Positions 10,193 to 20,276 of a stretch of 64,000 nucleotides of DNA are shown here, piece by piece. The notes below the pieces were generated by a model. It was not told the origin of the DNA, searched no databases, and saw only the letters and a program-made list of their open reading frames with translations. The first letter of the stretch is position 1; the number at the start of each line of letters is the position of its first letter. The position numbers were made by a program, and so were the translations under genes. Source of the stretch: Vicingaceae bacterium (GTDB lineage Bacteria; Bacteroidota; Bacteroidia; Flavobacteriales_E; Vicingaceae); NCBI GenBank assembly GCA_029210015.1, contig JARGOE010000001.1, forward strand, positions 5,804 to 69,803. Reading direction: 5' to 3'.

Positions 10193-11197
10193 ATGGCAAT
10201 AGGAATAGTTATTAAGATAATTTTAGGTTTATTTGGATTGATGTTTACATTCGGTTTGTTTTTTATTGTAAAGCAAAAAACAGCTGTTGTAATAGAGCGT
10301 TTAGGTAAATTTCATAGAATTGCTAGTTCTGGTTTTAACCTGAAAATTCCTGTTTTAGATAAAAAAGCAGGTACTGTTAATTTAAGGGTAATGGAATTAC
10401 CTGTAGAGGTAGAAACAAAAACAAAAGATGATGTTTTTGTTAGAATGATAGTTTCTGTACAATATTATGTTGTTGAAAGTAATGAGGGTATAAGACAATC
10501 GTTTTACAAATTTGATAATCCAGCTAGACAAATTCAATCTTATGTATTTGATTCAATTCGTTCTGAAGTTCCAAATATGTTGTTGGATGATGTTTTTAGT
10601 GAAAAAGATAAAATTGCTAAAGCTGTTCAAACTGAATTATCTGAGACTATTGAAGAATACGGGTTTGCCATTGTAAAGGCTTTAATTACAGATATTGATC
10701 CTGATGCTAAAGTGAAGCATGCAATGAATGAAATTAATGCTGCAAAACGAATGAAAGAAGCAGCTAAAGAATATGCTGAAGCAGACAAAATTAAAGTTGT
10801 AGCAGCAGCAGAAGCAGAAGCAACGAGTAAAAAATTACAAGGTGAAGGTATTGCTAATCAGAGAGTCGCTATTGCAAATGGATTAAAAAATTCTGTTGCA
10901 GAAGTTAGAGGAGCAATGGAGGACGGTGTTACTGGTCGTGAAGTAATGAACATGCTATTTATGACTCAACATTATGATACAATTAGTCGTTTAGCTGAAG
11001 ATGGAGTAAATACTATTTTTATGCCTTATTCTCCAAGTAGTGTGGGCGATTTACAAACTCAAATTCAATCAAGTTTATTATCTGCTGATACAATTACTAA
11101 AACTACTACGCCTAAAGATATTGCTAAGGCAAGTATGAAAAGTAAACAAGCAAAAAGAGCATCTGATGATATAGCAAATCCTGAAGACTACGAATAA
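10193..11197 (+). CDS. SPFH/band-7 (stomatin/prohibitin-like) membrane protein
   Basis: N-terminal TM helix. SPFH core 'VVIERLGKFHRIASSGFNLKIPVLD'. Ala/Glu-rich coiled-coil tail. Confidence 0.8.
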   Translation: MAIGIVIKIILGLFGLMFTFGLFFIVKQKTAVVIERLGKFHRIASSGFNLKIPVLDKKAGTVNLRVMELPVEVETKTKDDVFVRMIVSVQYYVVESNEGIRQSFYKFDNPARQIQSYVFDSIRSEVPNMLLDDVFSEKDKIAKAVQTELSETIEEYGFAIVKALITDIDPDAKVKHAMNEINAAKRMKEAAKEYAEADKIKVVAAAEAEATSKKLQGEGIANQRVAIANGLKNSVAEVRGAMEDGVTGREVMNMLFMTQHYDTISRLAEDGVNTIFMPYSPSSVGDLQTQIQSSLLSADTITKTTTPKDIAKASMKSKQAKRASDDIANPEDYE

Positions 11198-11200
11198 GAA

Positions 11201-12472
11201 GTGAAAGAAGATTTCCTTCATTATGTATGGAAGTATAAGTTGTTTAATACTTCAAATTTGTTAACCACAAATAACGAAGAAATTACTATAATAAATTCTG
11301 GACAGCATAATACTAATGCTGGCCCAGATTTTTTTAATGGTAAAGTGATAATCGGTTCAACCACTTGGGCAGGAAACATTGAAATTCACATCAATTCATC
11401 TGATTGGTTAGCTCATAAGCATCAAAATGATAAAGCTTATGAAAATGTTGTATTGCATGTCGTTTTTAATGATGACAAAGTAATTTATGATATTAATAAT
11501 AATCCTATTCCAACACTAGAATTAAAAAAAATACTCAGTTCAGAATTAATTGATAAAAATAACTACTTACAAGTTTCTAAAGACTGGGTAGCTTGTCAAA
11601 AACAAATTAATACTGTTGATAATTTTACTATAAACACTTGGTTAAACCGTTTAGCAGTTGAACGTTTAGAACGAAAATCTGAAGAAATTCAAATTACCCT
11701 TAAACAAAACAAAAACGATTGGGAACAAACCTTTTATCAATACTTATTTAAGTATTTCGGACTAAAAGTAAACGCTTTACCATTTGAACAATTAGCAATT
11801 AATACCCCAGTTAAAATTGCTGAAAAGCATAACGAACTGAAATTTATTGAGGCTTTGTATTTCGGTCAAGCAGGTTTTTTAAAAGATGATATTGAAGATG
11901 ACTACTATGTTAGATTAAAGAAAGAGTATCAATTTTTAAAAGCTAAATTTAGTTTAAAACCAATCGATAAAAGTTTATGGAAATTACTACGGTTAAGACC
12001 CGCAAGTTTCCCAACAATTCGGATTAGTCAGTTAGCCAATTTATTAAACAATGAAACACGCTTGTTTTCAAAATTATTAGATGCAACTTCGGTAAAGGCA
12101 ATAGAAGAAATATTTAAAGTTTCAGCTTCAGAATATTGGAAAACTCATTATCAATTTGGAGTTGTAGTTGGAAAATCAAGCACTAAAAAGGTGGGTAAAA
12201 TATTGATTAATACATTAATTATAAATGTGGTTGTTCCATTTTTATTTGTTTACGGAAAGCAAAAACAGGATGAAAAGTTTTTAGAAAAAGCCTTAAATTT
12301 CTTAGAAAGTATAAAATCTGAAAATAATTCAATTATTACAAAATGGTATGAATTAAACGTGGCTTCGAACAATGCAATGCAAAGTCAAGCATTGTTAGAG
12401 CTTAAAAATAATTATTGTTCTCAAAAAAAATGTTTAAATTGCAGTATTGGGAGTGAAATTCTACAACAATGA
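11201..12472 (+). CDS. DUF2851 family protein
   Basis: The N-terminus 'FLHYVWKYKLF', the His-rich 'HINSSDWLAHKHQND..VVLHVV' block and the ~420-aa size fit DUF2851. GTG start. Confidence 0.7.
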   Translation: MKEDFLHYVWKYKLFNTSNLLTTNNEEITIINSGQHNTNAGPDFFNGKVIIGSTTWAGNIEIHINSSDWLAHKHQNDKAYENVVLHVVFNDDKVIYDINNNPIPTLELKKILSSELIDKNNYLQVSKDWVACQKQINTVDNFTINTWLNRLAVERLERKSEEIQITLKQNKNDWEQTFYQYLFKYFGLKVNALPFEQLAINTPVKIAEKHNELKFIEALYFGQAGFLKDDIEDDYYVRLKKEYQFLKAKFSLKPIDKSLWKLLRLRPASFPTIRISQLANLLNNETRLFSKLLDATSVKAIEEIFKVSASEYWKTHYQFGVVVGKSSTKKVGKILINTLIINVVVPFLFVYGKQKQDEKFLEKALNFLESIKSENNSIITKWYELNVASNNAMQSQALLELKNNYCSQKKCLNCSIGSEILQQ

Positions 12473-12693
12473 TTAATAAAATTTCATCATACTTTGAAAA
12501 ACAAACCTTCGGTGTTTGTGCTTGGTGGGGCGATAAACTTCAACTTAAATCTAGCCGTATTCGTATGTTTTTTATTTACCTTTCCTTTTTAACTTTTGGA
12601 TCGCCAGTTTTCATTTATTTGATAATGGCGTTTATTTTAGAACACAAAGAATACTTTAAACTTAAAAAGAGGAAATCAGTTTGGGACGTTTAA
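12469..12693 (+). CDS. PspC-domain small membrane protein
   Basis: 'GVCAWWGDKLQLKSSRIRMFFIYLSF..FIYLIMAFIL' matches the PspC-domain pattern. ATGA overlap with the upstream gene. Confidence 0.6.
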   Translation: MINKISSYFEKQTFGVCAWWGDKLQLKSSRIRMFFIYLSFLTFGSPVFIYLIMAFILEHKEYFKLKKRKSVWDV

Positions 12694-13730
12694 GCTACAC
12701 ACTATTTAATTTTAAATATTTCCGAAAAGTTTACATTGCCTTATTATTATTGTTAATAATAATGATGATTGGTGTAACTGGCTTTAGGTTAATTGAAGGC
12801 TACTCTCTTAATGAGGCTATATATATGACTGTTATTACAGTTTCTACAGTTGGTTTTAGAGAAGTTCGTCCATTATCTCCAGAAGGAAGAATGTTTACCG
12901 CATTTTTGATTATCTTTAGCTTTAGTACATTTGTATATGCTGTTACTTCAATTTCTAATTACATTTTAGATGGTGAGTACAAAATATATTTTAAAAATTT
13001 AAGAATAAATAAAAAAGTGGATAAAATATCTAATCATACAATTATTTGTGGCTACGGTAGAAATGGTAAGCAGGCTGCATTAGAATTGAAATCTCATAAA
13101 AGAAAATTTGTAATTGTTGAACAAGATAAAGATCTAGTTGAATTATTAAGAGAAGCACACGACATTCCATTTATTGAAGGGGATGCTACTTTAGAAAGTC
13201 ATTTAGAAAAAGCTGGAATTGCAACAGCAACTTCATTAATAACAACTTTGCCAAAGGACGCAGATAATTTATTTGTAGTGTTAACTGCACGTGAAATGAA
13301 TCCTAATTTATTAATTATTAGTAGAGCATCTAAAGATAACTCAGATAAAAAATTACGTAGAGCAGGTGCGGACAATGTAATTATGCCAGATAAAATTGGA
13401 GGAGCACATATGGCTTCTTTGGTAATTAAACCTGATGTGATAGAATTTATGGATTATGTAATGGGGCAAGGTACAATTTCGATAAACCTTGAAGAAATTA
13501 CTTTTGAAAATTTACCTGATGGATTAAAAAATAAAACAATTAGAGAATTAGGTATTAGAGATAAGTCTGGGGCTAATATTGTGGGATTTAGAACTCCTGA
13601 AGGTGAATATATAATTAACCCCTCTCCTGATACTGTAATTATGCAAAAAGCGAAAATTTTTGTTCTAGGAACCTTAGAGCAAATTGATGCTTTTAGAGAT
13701 TTTACTTCTCAGCAAGACGTACTAAAATAA
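12681..13730 (+). CDS. Two-TM pore-loop cation channel with RCK (TrkA-N/TrkA-C) domains and a non-canonical selectivity filter
   Basis: TM1, pore loop 'TVITVSTVGFRE', TM2, then Rossmann 'IICGYGRNGKQ' and a TrkA-C-like tail. The track start is TTG; in-frame ATGs follow ('MMIGV'). Confidence 0.75.
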   Translation: MGRLSYTLFNFKYFRKVYIALLLLLIIMMIGVTGFRLIEGYSLNEAIYMTVITVSTVGFREVRPLSPEGRMFTAFLIIFSFSTFVYAVTSISNYILDGEYKIYFKNLRINKKVDKISNHTIICGYGRNGKQAALELKSHKRKFVIVEQDKDLVELLREAHDIPFIEGDATLESHLEKAGIATATSLITTLPKDADNLFVVLTAREMNPNLLIISRASKDNSDKKLRRAGADNVIMPDKIGGAHMASLVIKPDVIEFMDYVMGQGTISINLEEITFENLPDGLKNKTIRELGIRDKSGANIVGFRTPEGEYIINPSPDTVIMQKAKIFVLGTLEQIDAFRDFTSQQDVLK

Positions 13731-13735
13731 ATTAT

Positions 13736-14638
13736 GTGAGAGTTTTAATTACAGGTAGTAATGGCTTGCTAGGGCAAAAGCTAATTAAACTATTAGGAAA
13801 TAAGCCTGATATTGAATTATTGGCTACCTCAAAAGGATTAAATAGAGTTTCTAATATAGAAGGCTATCAATACCAATCTTTAGACATTGCTAATCAAGAG
13901 GAAATTAATACTGTTTTTGATGCATTTACACCTAATACTGTGATAAATACTGCAGCATTGACAAACGTTGATGCTTGTGAAGACAATAAAGATTTGTGTT
14001 GGGATTTAAATGTAAATGCAGTAAAATACATGATAGCTGCCTCAGAAAAACATAATACACATTTAATACACCTTTCTACCGATTTTGTTTTTGATGGCGA
14101 AGAAGGACCCTATATGGAAACTGACGAGCCTAATCCATTAAGTTATTATGGAAAATCGAAATACGAAGCAGAGAAACTATTGCAGGCAAGCAACATTAAA
14201 TGGGCTATAGCTCGTACTATAATTGTTTATGGTGTTGCAGAAAATATGAGCAGAAGCAATATTGTGTTGTGGGCAAAAGAAGCTCTAGAAAAAGGAAATC
14301 CATTAACTATAGTTGATGACCAATTTCGTTCGCCAACATTGGCAGAAGATTTAGCCATGGGCTGCTGGTTAATTGCTGAAAAACAAGCACAAGGTATTTA
14401 TCATCTTTCTGGTAAAGACACTTTTAGTATAATTGACTTGGTTTATGCTGTTGCCGATTTCTACGGTTATGATAAATCTATTATTACTAAAATATCATCT
14501 GCTAGCTTAAATCAAACGGCCAAACGTCCATCCAAAACAGGTTTTATTTTAGATAAAGCCATTAATGACTTAGAATACTTGCCTTGTAGTTTTGAAGAAG
14601 GACTAGCGATTATTACGGAGCAGATGAATTATTCATGA
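13736..14638 (+). CDS. RmlD-type SDR (dTDP-4-dehydrorhamnose reductase family)
   Basis: 'ITGSNGLLG' Rossmann motif and 'YGKSKYEAE' YxxxK motif, 300 aa. GTG start. Confidence 0.7.
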   Translation: MRVLITGSNGLLGQKLIKLLGNKPDIELLATSKGLNRVSNIEGYQYQSLDIANQEEINTVFDAFTPNTVINTAALTNVDACEDNKDLCWDLNVNAVKYMIAASEKHNTHLIHLSTDFVFDGEEGPYMETDEPNPLSYYGKSKYEAEKLLQASNIKWAIARTIIVYGVAENMSRSNIVLWAKEALEKGNPLTIVDDQFRSPTLAEDLAMGCWLIAEKQAQGIYHLSGKDTFSIIDLVYAVADFYGYDKSIITKISSASLNQTAKRPSKTGFILDKAINDLEYLPCSFEEGLAIITEQMNYS

Positions 14639-15870
14639 ATACTAACAACTACTTAAAGTTAAAAATTGATAATAAAGAGCAATTTCAACAAAAGATATTG
14701 TATTATTTTATTGCGGTAAAAAACTTAGTATTTATCAATAAAAATAATGATGAAGCAAATTTAGTAGCTATTGCTAATTCATCAAAACAAAAAGAAAATG
14801 GTTGGCAATTTGGTTTTGTAAGTTACGATTATAAAAACCACATAGAGCCACAATTAAGTTCTAACAATCTAGACAGTATTCAGTTTGCTGAAAAGCATTT
14901 TTTTAGTCCAGATCTGGTGTTTGAAATAGCAAAAAATGAAGTGACAATTCATTATGAAACGTCACTTTATTGCGAAAATAAAGTAGCTGAATTATTTGTT
15001 GAAATAGGTAAGGTAGAATTAGATGCAGAATCAAATCAAAGCATTAAAATTACCCCTCGTTTAAGTAAAGAAGCATATTTAGAAAAAGTAACAGCTTTAC
15101 AGCAACACATTCAATTGGGCGATATTTATGAAATCAATTTTTGCCAAGAATTTTATGCTGAAAATATAGAAATAAACCCAATTATTTTATATCGTAAACT
15201 CAATAAAAAATCGCCAACACCATTTTCTTGCTTTTTAAAACACAACGATAATTATTTATTGTGTGCTTCACCAGAACGATTTGTAAAAAAAATAGGTGAT
15301 AAAATTATTTCTCAACCTATAAAAGGGACAATTAAAAGAGGAGGAACTGAAGCCGAAGATGAAGCATTAAAAGAACAATTGAAAAACGATCCAAAAGAAC
15401 TTTCGGAAAATGTAATGATAGTAGATTTGGTAAGAAACGATTTGTCTAAAATCGCTGAGAAGGGATCTGTTAATGTAGATGAGTTGTGTGAGATTTATAC
15501 TTTCCCACAAGTGCATCAAATGATATCTACTGTTTCGGCAAAAATAGAAAATGGCATTAGGTTAGATGATATTTTAAACGCTACATTTCCAATGGGATCT
15601 ATGACGGGAGCACCTAAAGTGCGAGCGATGGAATTAATTGAGGAATACGAAACAACAAAGCGTGGTTTGTATTCCGGAACGGTTGGTTACATTGATGTTA
15701 ATGGAGATTTTGATTTTAATGTGGTGATTAGAAGTATTACCTATAACCAAAAAAATAACTACCTTTCGTATATGGTTGGTGGAGCAATTACAGCGCTTTC
15801 AGACCCCGAAAAGGAATATGAAGAGTGTTTGCTAAAAGCCAAAGCAATGGTAGAAGTTTTAACTGAATAA
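14635..15870 (+). CDS. pabB: Aminodeoxychorismate synthase component I family (chorismate-binding enzyme)
   Basis: C-terminal chorismate-binding motifs 'FPMGSMTGAPK' and 'RGLYSGTVGY'. Short form. Confidence 0.8.
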   Translation: MNTNNYLKLKIDNKEQFQQKILYYFIAVKNLVFINKNNDEANLVAIANSSKQKENGWQFGFVSYDYKNHIEPQLSSNNLDSIQFAEKHFFSPDLVFEIAKNEVTIHYETSLYCENKVAELFVEIGKVELDAESNQSIKITPRLSKEAYLEKVTALQQHIQLGDIYEINFCQEFYAENIEINPIILYRKLNKKSPTPFSCFLKHNDNYLLCASPERFVKKIGDKIISQPIKGTIKRGGTEAEDEALKEQLKNDPKELSENVMIVDLVRNDLSKIAEKGSVNVDELCEIYTFPQVHQMISTVSAKIENGIRLDDILNATFPMGSMTGAPKVRAMELIEEYETTKRGLYSGTVGYIDVNGDFDFNVVIRSITYNQKNNYLSYMVGGAITALSDPEKEYEECLLKAKAMVEVLTE

Positions 15871-17184
15871 ATGCTAGAAAAATTTAAAACATATTATATA
15901 AATAACGAGCTATTTAAACAATCTGATAAAGTTTTGTTGGCGGTAAGTGGTGGAAAAGACTCTATGGCAATGTTGCAATTGTTTATTGCTGATAAATTAG
16001 ATTTTGGTGTAGCACACTGTAATTTTAATTTACGAGGAGCCGAATCTGATGCTGATGAACAGTTGGTGAAATCAGTTTGTGAAAAGTATAGCATTCCTTT
16101 TTATCAAAACTCTTTTGATACAATAAAATATGCTGCAGAAAATGGTATTTCTATACAGATGGCAGCAAGAGATTTACGATATAATTGGTTTGAGGAATTG
16201 ATTAATGAAAATGGTTACAGCTTTGTTGCTACTGCCCATCATAAAAATGATGTGGCAGAAACTATGCTAATTAACTTAATTAAAGGGACAGGTTTATCGG
16301 GGTTGCATGGAATTAAGAATAAATCAGGTAATATTATTCGACCGCTTTTGGATTTTACTAAAGAAGAAATTGATGTTTTTATTCAGGAGAACATTATAGA
16401 TTTTAGAGAAGATCTGTCTAATTTTGATAATAAATACACACGTAACGGAATTCGTTTAGATGTAATTCCTTTACTTGAAAAAATTAACCCAAATGCAATT
16501 GAGAGTTTGAATCAAACAGCTTCTTATTTAGCTGATTTAGAATTGATTTTAGAAGAAAAAATTAATAACGAGCTTGAGAAGTGTTCTCAAATAAAGGAAG
16601 ATAAAATTCTAATAAATATTACCCAGTTTAAAGAGCTATCACCCCTCCAAACTTACTTGTATTATTTTATTAAAGATTACGATTTTAATGCTTCAGATGT
16701 TCAAGATATTATTGCTTCGTTGGGCGAACAGCCTGGTAAGAAGTTTTTTAGTAAAACACATCAAATTGTAAAGGATAGAGAATATTTAATTATAACTAAA
16801 CTTGGCATTGAAAAACAGGAAACTTTAGTAATCAATTCTATTGAAGAACTCTCGTTGTATGATTTTGATGCAGAATTATATAATCTTAGTAAAGACTTTA
16901 AAATTGAACCATCTTCTCAGTATGCTTATTTAGATGCTGATAAAATTCAATTCCCACTAATTATAAGAAATTGGGAGGAAGGAGATGTTTTTCAGCCATT
17001 AGGTATGAGAGGGAAAAAGAAGCTCAGCGATTTTTTTATTGATAATAAAATGGATGTAATTACGAAGCAAAAAACTAAATTATTAATTCAAAACAATCAA
17101 ATTATTTGGGTTGTTGGTTTTAGAATTGATGATACCTTTAAAATTACAGAAAACACTAAAAAAGTATTAATTATAAAGTGTTAA
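15871..17184 (+). CDS. tilS: tRNA(Ile)-lysidine synthetase
   Basis: PP-loop 'LLAVSGGKDSMA', ~437 aa, with a TilS C-terminal domain. Confidence 0.9.
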   Translation: MLEKFKTYYINNELFKQSDKVLLAVSGGKDSMAMLQLFIADKLDFGVAHCNFNLRGAESDADEQLVKSVCEKYSIPFYQNSFDTIKYAAENGISIQMAARDLRYNWFEELINENGYSFVATAHHKNDVAETMLINLIKGTGLSGLHGIKNKSGNIIRPLLDFTKEEIDVFIQENIIDFREDLSNFDNKYTRNGIRLDVIPLLEKINPNAIESLNQTASYLADLELILEEKINNELEKCSQIKEDKILINITQFKELSPLQTYLYYFIKDYDFNASDVQDIIASLGEQPGKKFFSKTHQIVKDREYLIITKLGIEKQETLVINSIEELSLYDFDAELYNLSKDFKIEPSSQYAYLDADKIQFPLIIRNWEEGDVFQPLGMRGKKKLSDFFIDNKMDVITKQKTKLLIQNNQIIWVVGFRIDDTFKITENTKKVLIIKC

Positions 17185-17960
17185 TTATTGACCAAATCAA
17201 TCATCAATTTGAGTTAACAACAACTCCTAAACGAATTATTTCTTTGGTTCCATCACAAACTGAATTGTTATATGATTTGGGCTTGGACGATAAAGTTGTC
17301 GGAATTACTAAATTTTGTATTCACCCAAAAGAATGGTTTAACACAAAAATTAGAGTAGGAGGGACTAAAACAGTCAACTTTGAAAAAATTTCAGAGCTAA
17401 AACCCGATTTAATTATTGCTAATAAAGAAGAAAATACACAATCTGAAATAGAAGTTTTACAAAAATTATATCCCGTTTATACGAGTGATATTTTTAATTT
17501 AGATGATAGTTTAAAGATGATGGAAGCTATCGGTGAAGTAACCAATACATCTAAAAAAGCTACACAAATAATTAACCAAGTAAAAGCAGATTTTGATTCA
17601 TTAAAAGTGTCCCAAAATTCTATGACAGTATTGTATTTTATTTGGCAAAAACCATATATGACTATAGGTTCTGACACCTTTATTAATGATATGTTAAGTA
17701 GTTGCGGATTTAAAAATGCTTTAACTGATAAAACTCGTTACCCAGAATTAACTGAAGAAGAAATTAAAGATATTAATCCTGACTTAATCTTTCTGTCATC
17801 TGAGCCATTTCCTTTTAAAGAAAAACATGTTAAAATATTTCAAGAAACATGTCCTGAAGCTAAAGTAGTATTGGTTGATGGAGAAATGTTTTCATGGTAT
17901 GGGTCTCGTTTAACAAAAGCAAAACAATACTTTGTTGATTTGATTGAAAAATTGGCTTAA
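17178..17960 (+). CDS. Periplasmic-binding-protein-type (BtuF/helical-backbone metal receptor-like) protein
   Basis: 'RIISLVPSQTELLYDLGLDDKVVGIT' and 'KPDLIIANKEEN' are typical of class III substrate-binding proteins. No partner ABC genes are adjacent. Confidence 0.6.
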   Translation: MLIIDQINHQFELTTTPKRIISLVPSQTELLYDLGLDDKVVGITKFCIHPKEWFNTKIRVGGTKTVNFEKISELKPDLIIANKEENTQSEIEVLQKLYPVYTSDIFNLDDSLKMMEAIGEVTNTSKKATQIINQVKADFDSLKVSQNSMTVLYFIWQKPYMTIGSDTFINDMLSSCGFKNALTDKTRYPELTEEEIKDINPDLIFLSSEPFPFKEKHVKIFQETCPEAKVVLVDGEMFSWYGSRLTKAKQYFVDLIEKLA

Positions 17961-18014
17961 TTTTCTATCCTTAAACAAAAAATTATCAAACAACTACAAA
18001 AAATAGTATTCCTG

Positions 18015-20276
18015 ATGTTCTTTATTGGTTTTTCCAATTTAGGTCATGCCCAGAAAGTTGGTTTGGTATTTAGTGGCGGTGGTGCAAGTGGTGTTTCACA
18101 TATAGGTGTTTTAAAAGCCTTAGAAGAATATAATATTCCTATAGATTGTATTGCAGGAACATCTATGGGAGCATTGATAGGTGGGTTATATTCTGCTGGA
18201 TATTCTCCGAAAGAAATTGAAGAATTGTTTTTATCTCAACAATTTAGAGATTGGGCAGAAGGTAGAGTTGATAGCAAATATGAATATTACTTGAGGGAAA
18301 AGGATAAAGATCCATCAATGATTACTTTTAAAGTAGAAGTTGATACATTATTAGAAACAACATTGCCAACAAATTTGGTTTCACCAACAGCAGTAGATTA
18401 TGGATTGATGACTTTTTTAGCTCCTGCTGCAGCTAAATCTGAAAATGATTTTGATAAATTATTTATTCCATATAGGTGTGTGGCTTCTGATATTATTGCG
18501 AAAAAACCTGTGGTATTAAAAAAAGGTGATTTAGCAAAAGCGGTAAGAGCTTCAATGGCTTACCCGTTTTATTTATCGCCAATTCCATATGATGACAAAT
18601 TATTGTTTGATGGTGGACTATATAACAACTTTCCTGCAGATGTTTTATATTCTGAATTTAAACCAAATTTTGTGATAGGTAGCAATGTGTCTTCTAATTT
18701 TGAAGCACCAGATGAGGATAATATTGTGTCTCAAATTAAAGCAATTATATCTGACAATACCGATTATTCTATTGCACATGAAAACTCTATTTTAATTGAA
18801 CCTGAAGCTTCGGATTTCTCTTTGTTTGATTTCGATAAAAACGAAGAGTTAATTGAGATTGGATATCAAGCTACCTTAAAACAAATTCCTGAAATATTAA
18901 AGCGAATAGAAGATAGGGTAGATAAAGATGAGTTAACTAAAAAAAGAGATGCTTATAGAAAAAGTTTACCAAAATTAATATTTGAGGATGTTAAAATATT
19001 TGGATTATCTGAAGGTCAAAAAAAATACATTAGAAACTCAATTCGTATTAAAAATGACTCTATAACAGCTGAAAAATTAGAATCTCAGTATATTAAAATT
19101 TCTTCAGATGATAAGATAAAATCAATATATCCATCAGCAACTTATAATTCGGAAACTAATAAGTTTACACTTAATCTTAAAGCAAAAAAGGAGAAAGATT
19201 TGTTTGTTTCTTTTGGTGGTGTATTCTCTTCAAGGCCTATTAATGAAGCATATATAGGTCTGCAGTATAATGTTTTAGGTAGAACAGCGATGTCTATTAT
19301 GGCTGAAACTTATTTTGGTAAGTTGCATAATTCCATTTCGGGAGGATTTCGCTTAGATTTCCCTTTTAAAATTCCTTTATACTGGAAAACTACTTTTAAT
19401 AAGGATGGATGGGATTACTTTAAGAGTAGTACTACGTTTTTTGAGGATACAAAACCGTCTTTTCTTATACAGGAAGACCTTTATTTGAAATCAGAGTTAG
19501 CCTTTCCAGTTGCATACAAAGGAAAAGTTGTAATTGACGGAACGGTAGGGGAGTTAGAAAATAAATATTATCAGACAAAACAGTTTTTATCAACTGATAC
19601 TACCGATTTAACTAGGTTTAGAAACCTTACGGCTGGATTAAGGTTTGAAAGGAATTCTTTAAATGAAAAACAATATGCAACCCAAGGAAGTTTTTTATCT
19701 TTTGGAGCTAAATTTATTAGAGGTGCTGAAAAAAATAAACCAGGATCAACATCATTAATAAAAGATGAATTTGATACTATTTTAGACTGGGTTCAATTCA
19801 AAATTACTTATGACAAATATTTTTTAAGAAATAGTAAAGTAAATTTTGGAGTTTTTGGTGAAGGAGTATATAGTAATCAGCCATTTTTTAATAATTATAC
19901 TGCTTCTATATTATCATCTCCAGCTTTTCAGCCTATATCAGAAAGTAAAACTTTATTTCAAGAAAATTTTAGAGCACATAGTTACTTTGCTTTAGGGCTT
20001 AAAAATGTTAATCAAATATTTAAAAATACTCAGTTGAGATTTGAAGGTTATTTGTTTCAGCCTTTTAAGCAAATCTTGCCAGATAATTTAAACAAGGCCT
20101 ATTATGGTAAAGAATGGCAGGTTCAACAATTTATCTTTTCTGCAGCTCTAGTTTATAAGACTCCATTAGGTCCAATAGCAATTAATGCTAATTTTTACGA
20201 CAAGTTTGATGAGCCGTGGAGCGTGTTGTTCCATTTTGGTTATTTAATATATAATAAGAAGAGTATGGAGCAATAA
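18015..20276 (+). CDS. Patatin-like phospholipase fused to a C-terminal Omp85/surface-antigen-like beta-barrel (PlpD-like architecture)
   Basis: 'GLVFSGGGASG' oxyanion motif, 'GTSMG' GxSxG serine, 'FDGGLYNN' catalytic Asp. The C-terminal ~400 aa is beta-rich with alternating hydrophobic residues. Confidence 0.8.
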   Translation: MFFIGFSNLGHAQKVGLVFSGGGASGVSHIGVLKALEEYNIPIDCIAGTSMGALIGGLYSAGYSPKEIEELFLSQQFRDWAEGRVDSKYEYYLREKDKDPSMITFKVEVDTLLETTLPTNLVSPTAVDYGLMTFLAPAAAKSENDFDKLFIPYRCVASDIIAKKPVVLKKGDLAKAVRASMAYPFYLSPIPYDDKLLFDGGLYNNFPADVLYSEFKPNFVIGSNVSSNFEAPDEDNIVSQIKAIISDNTDYSIAHENSILIEPEASDFSLFDFDKNEELIEIGYQATLKQIPEILKRIEDRVDKDELTKKRDAYRKSLPKLIFEDVKIFGLSEGQKKYIRNSIRIKNDSITAEKLESQYIKISSDDKIKSIYPSATYNSETNKFTLNLKAKKEKDLFVSFGGVFSSRPINEAYIGLQYNVLGRTAMSIMAETYFGKLHNSISGGFRLDFPFKIPLYWKTTFNKDGWDYFKSSTTFFEDTKPSFLIQEDLYLKSELAFPVAYKGKVVIDGTVGELENKYYQTKQFLSTDTTDLTRFRNLTAGLRFERNSLNEKQYATQGSFLSFGAKFIRGAEKNKPGSTSLIKDEFDTILDWVQFKITYDKYFLRNSKVNFGVFGEGVYSNQPFFNNYTASILSSPAFQPISESKTLFQENFRAHSYFALGLKNVNQIFKNTQLRFEGYLFQPFKQILPDNLNKAYYGKEWQVQQFIFSAALVYKTPLGPIAINANFYDKFDEPWSVLFHFGYLIYNKKSMEQ

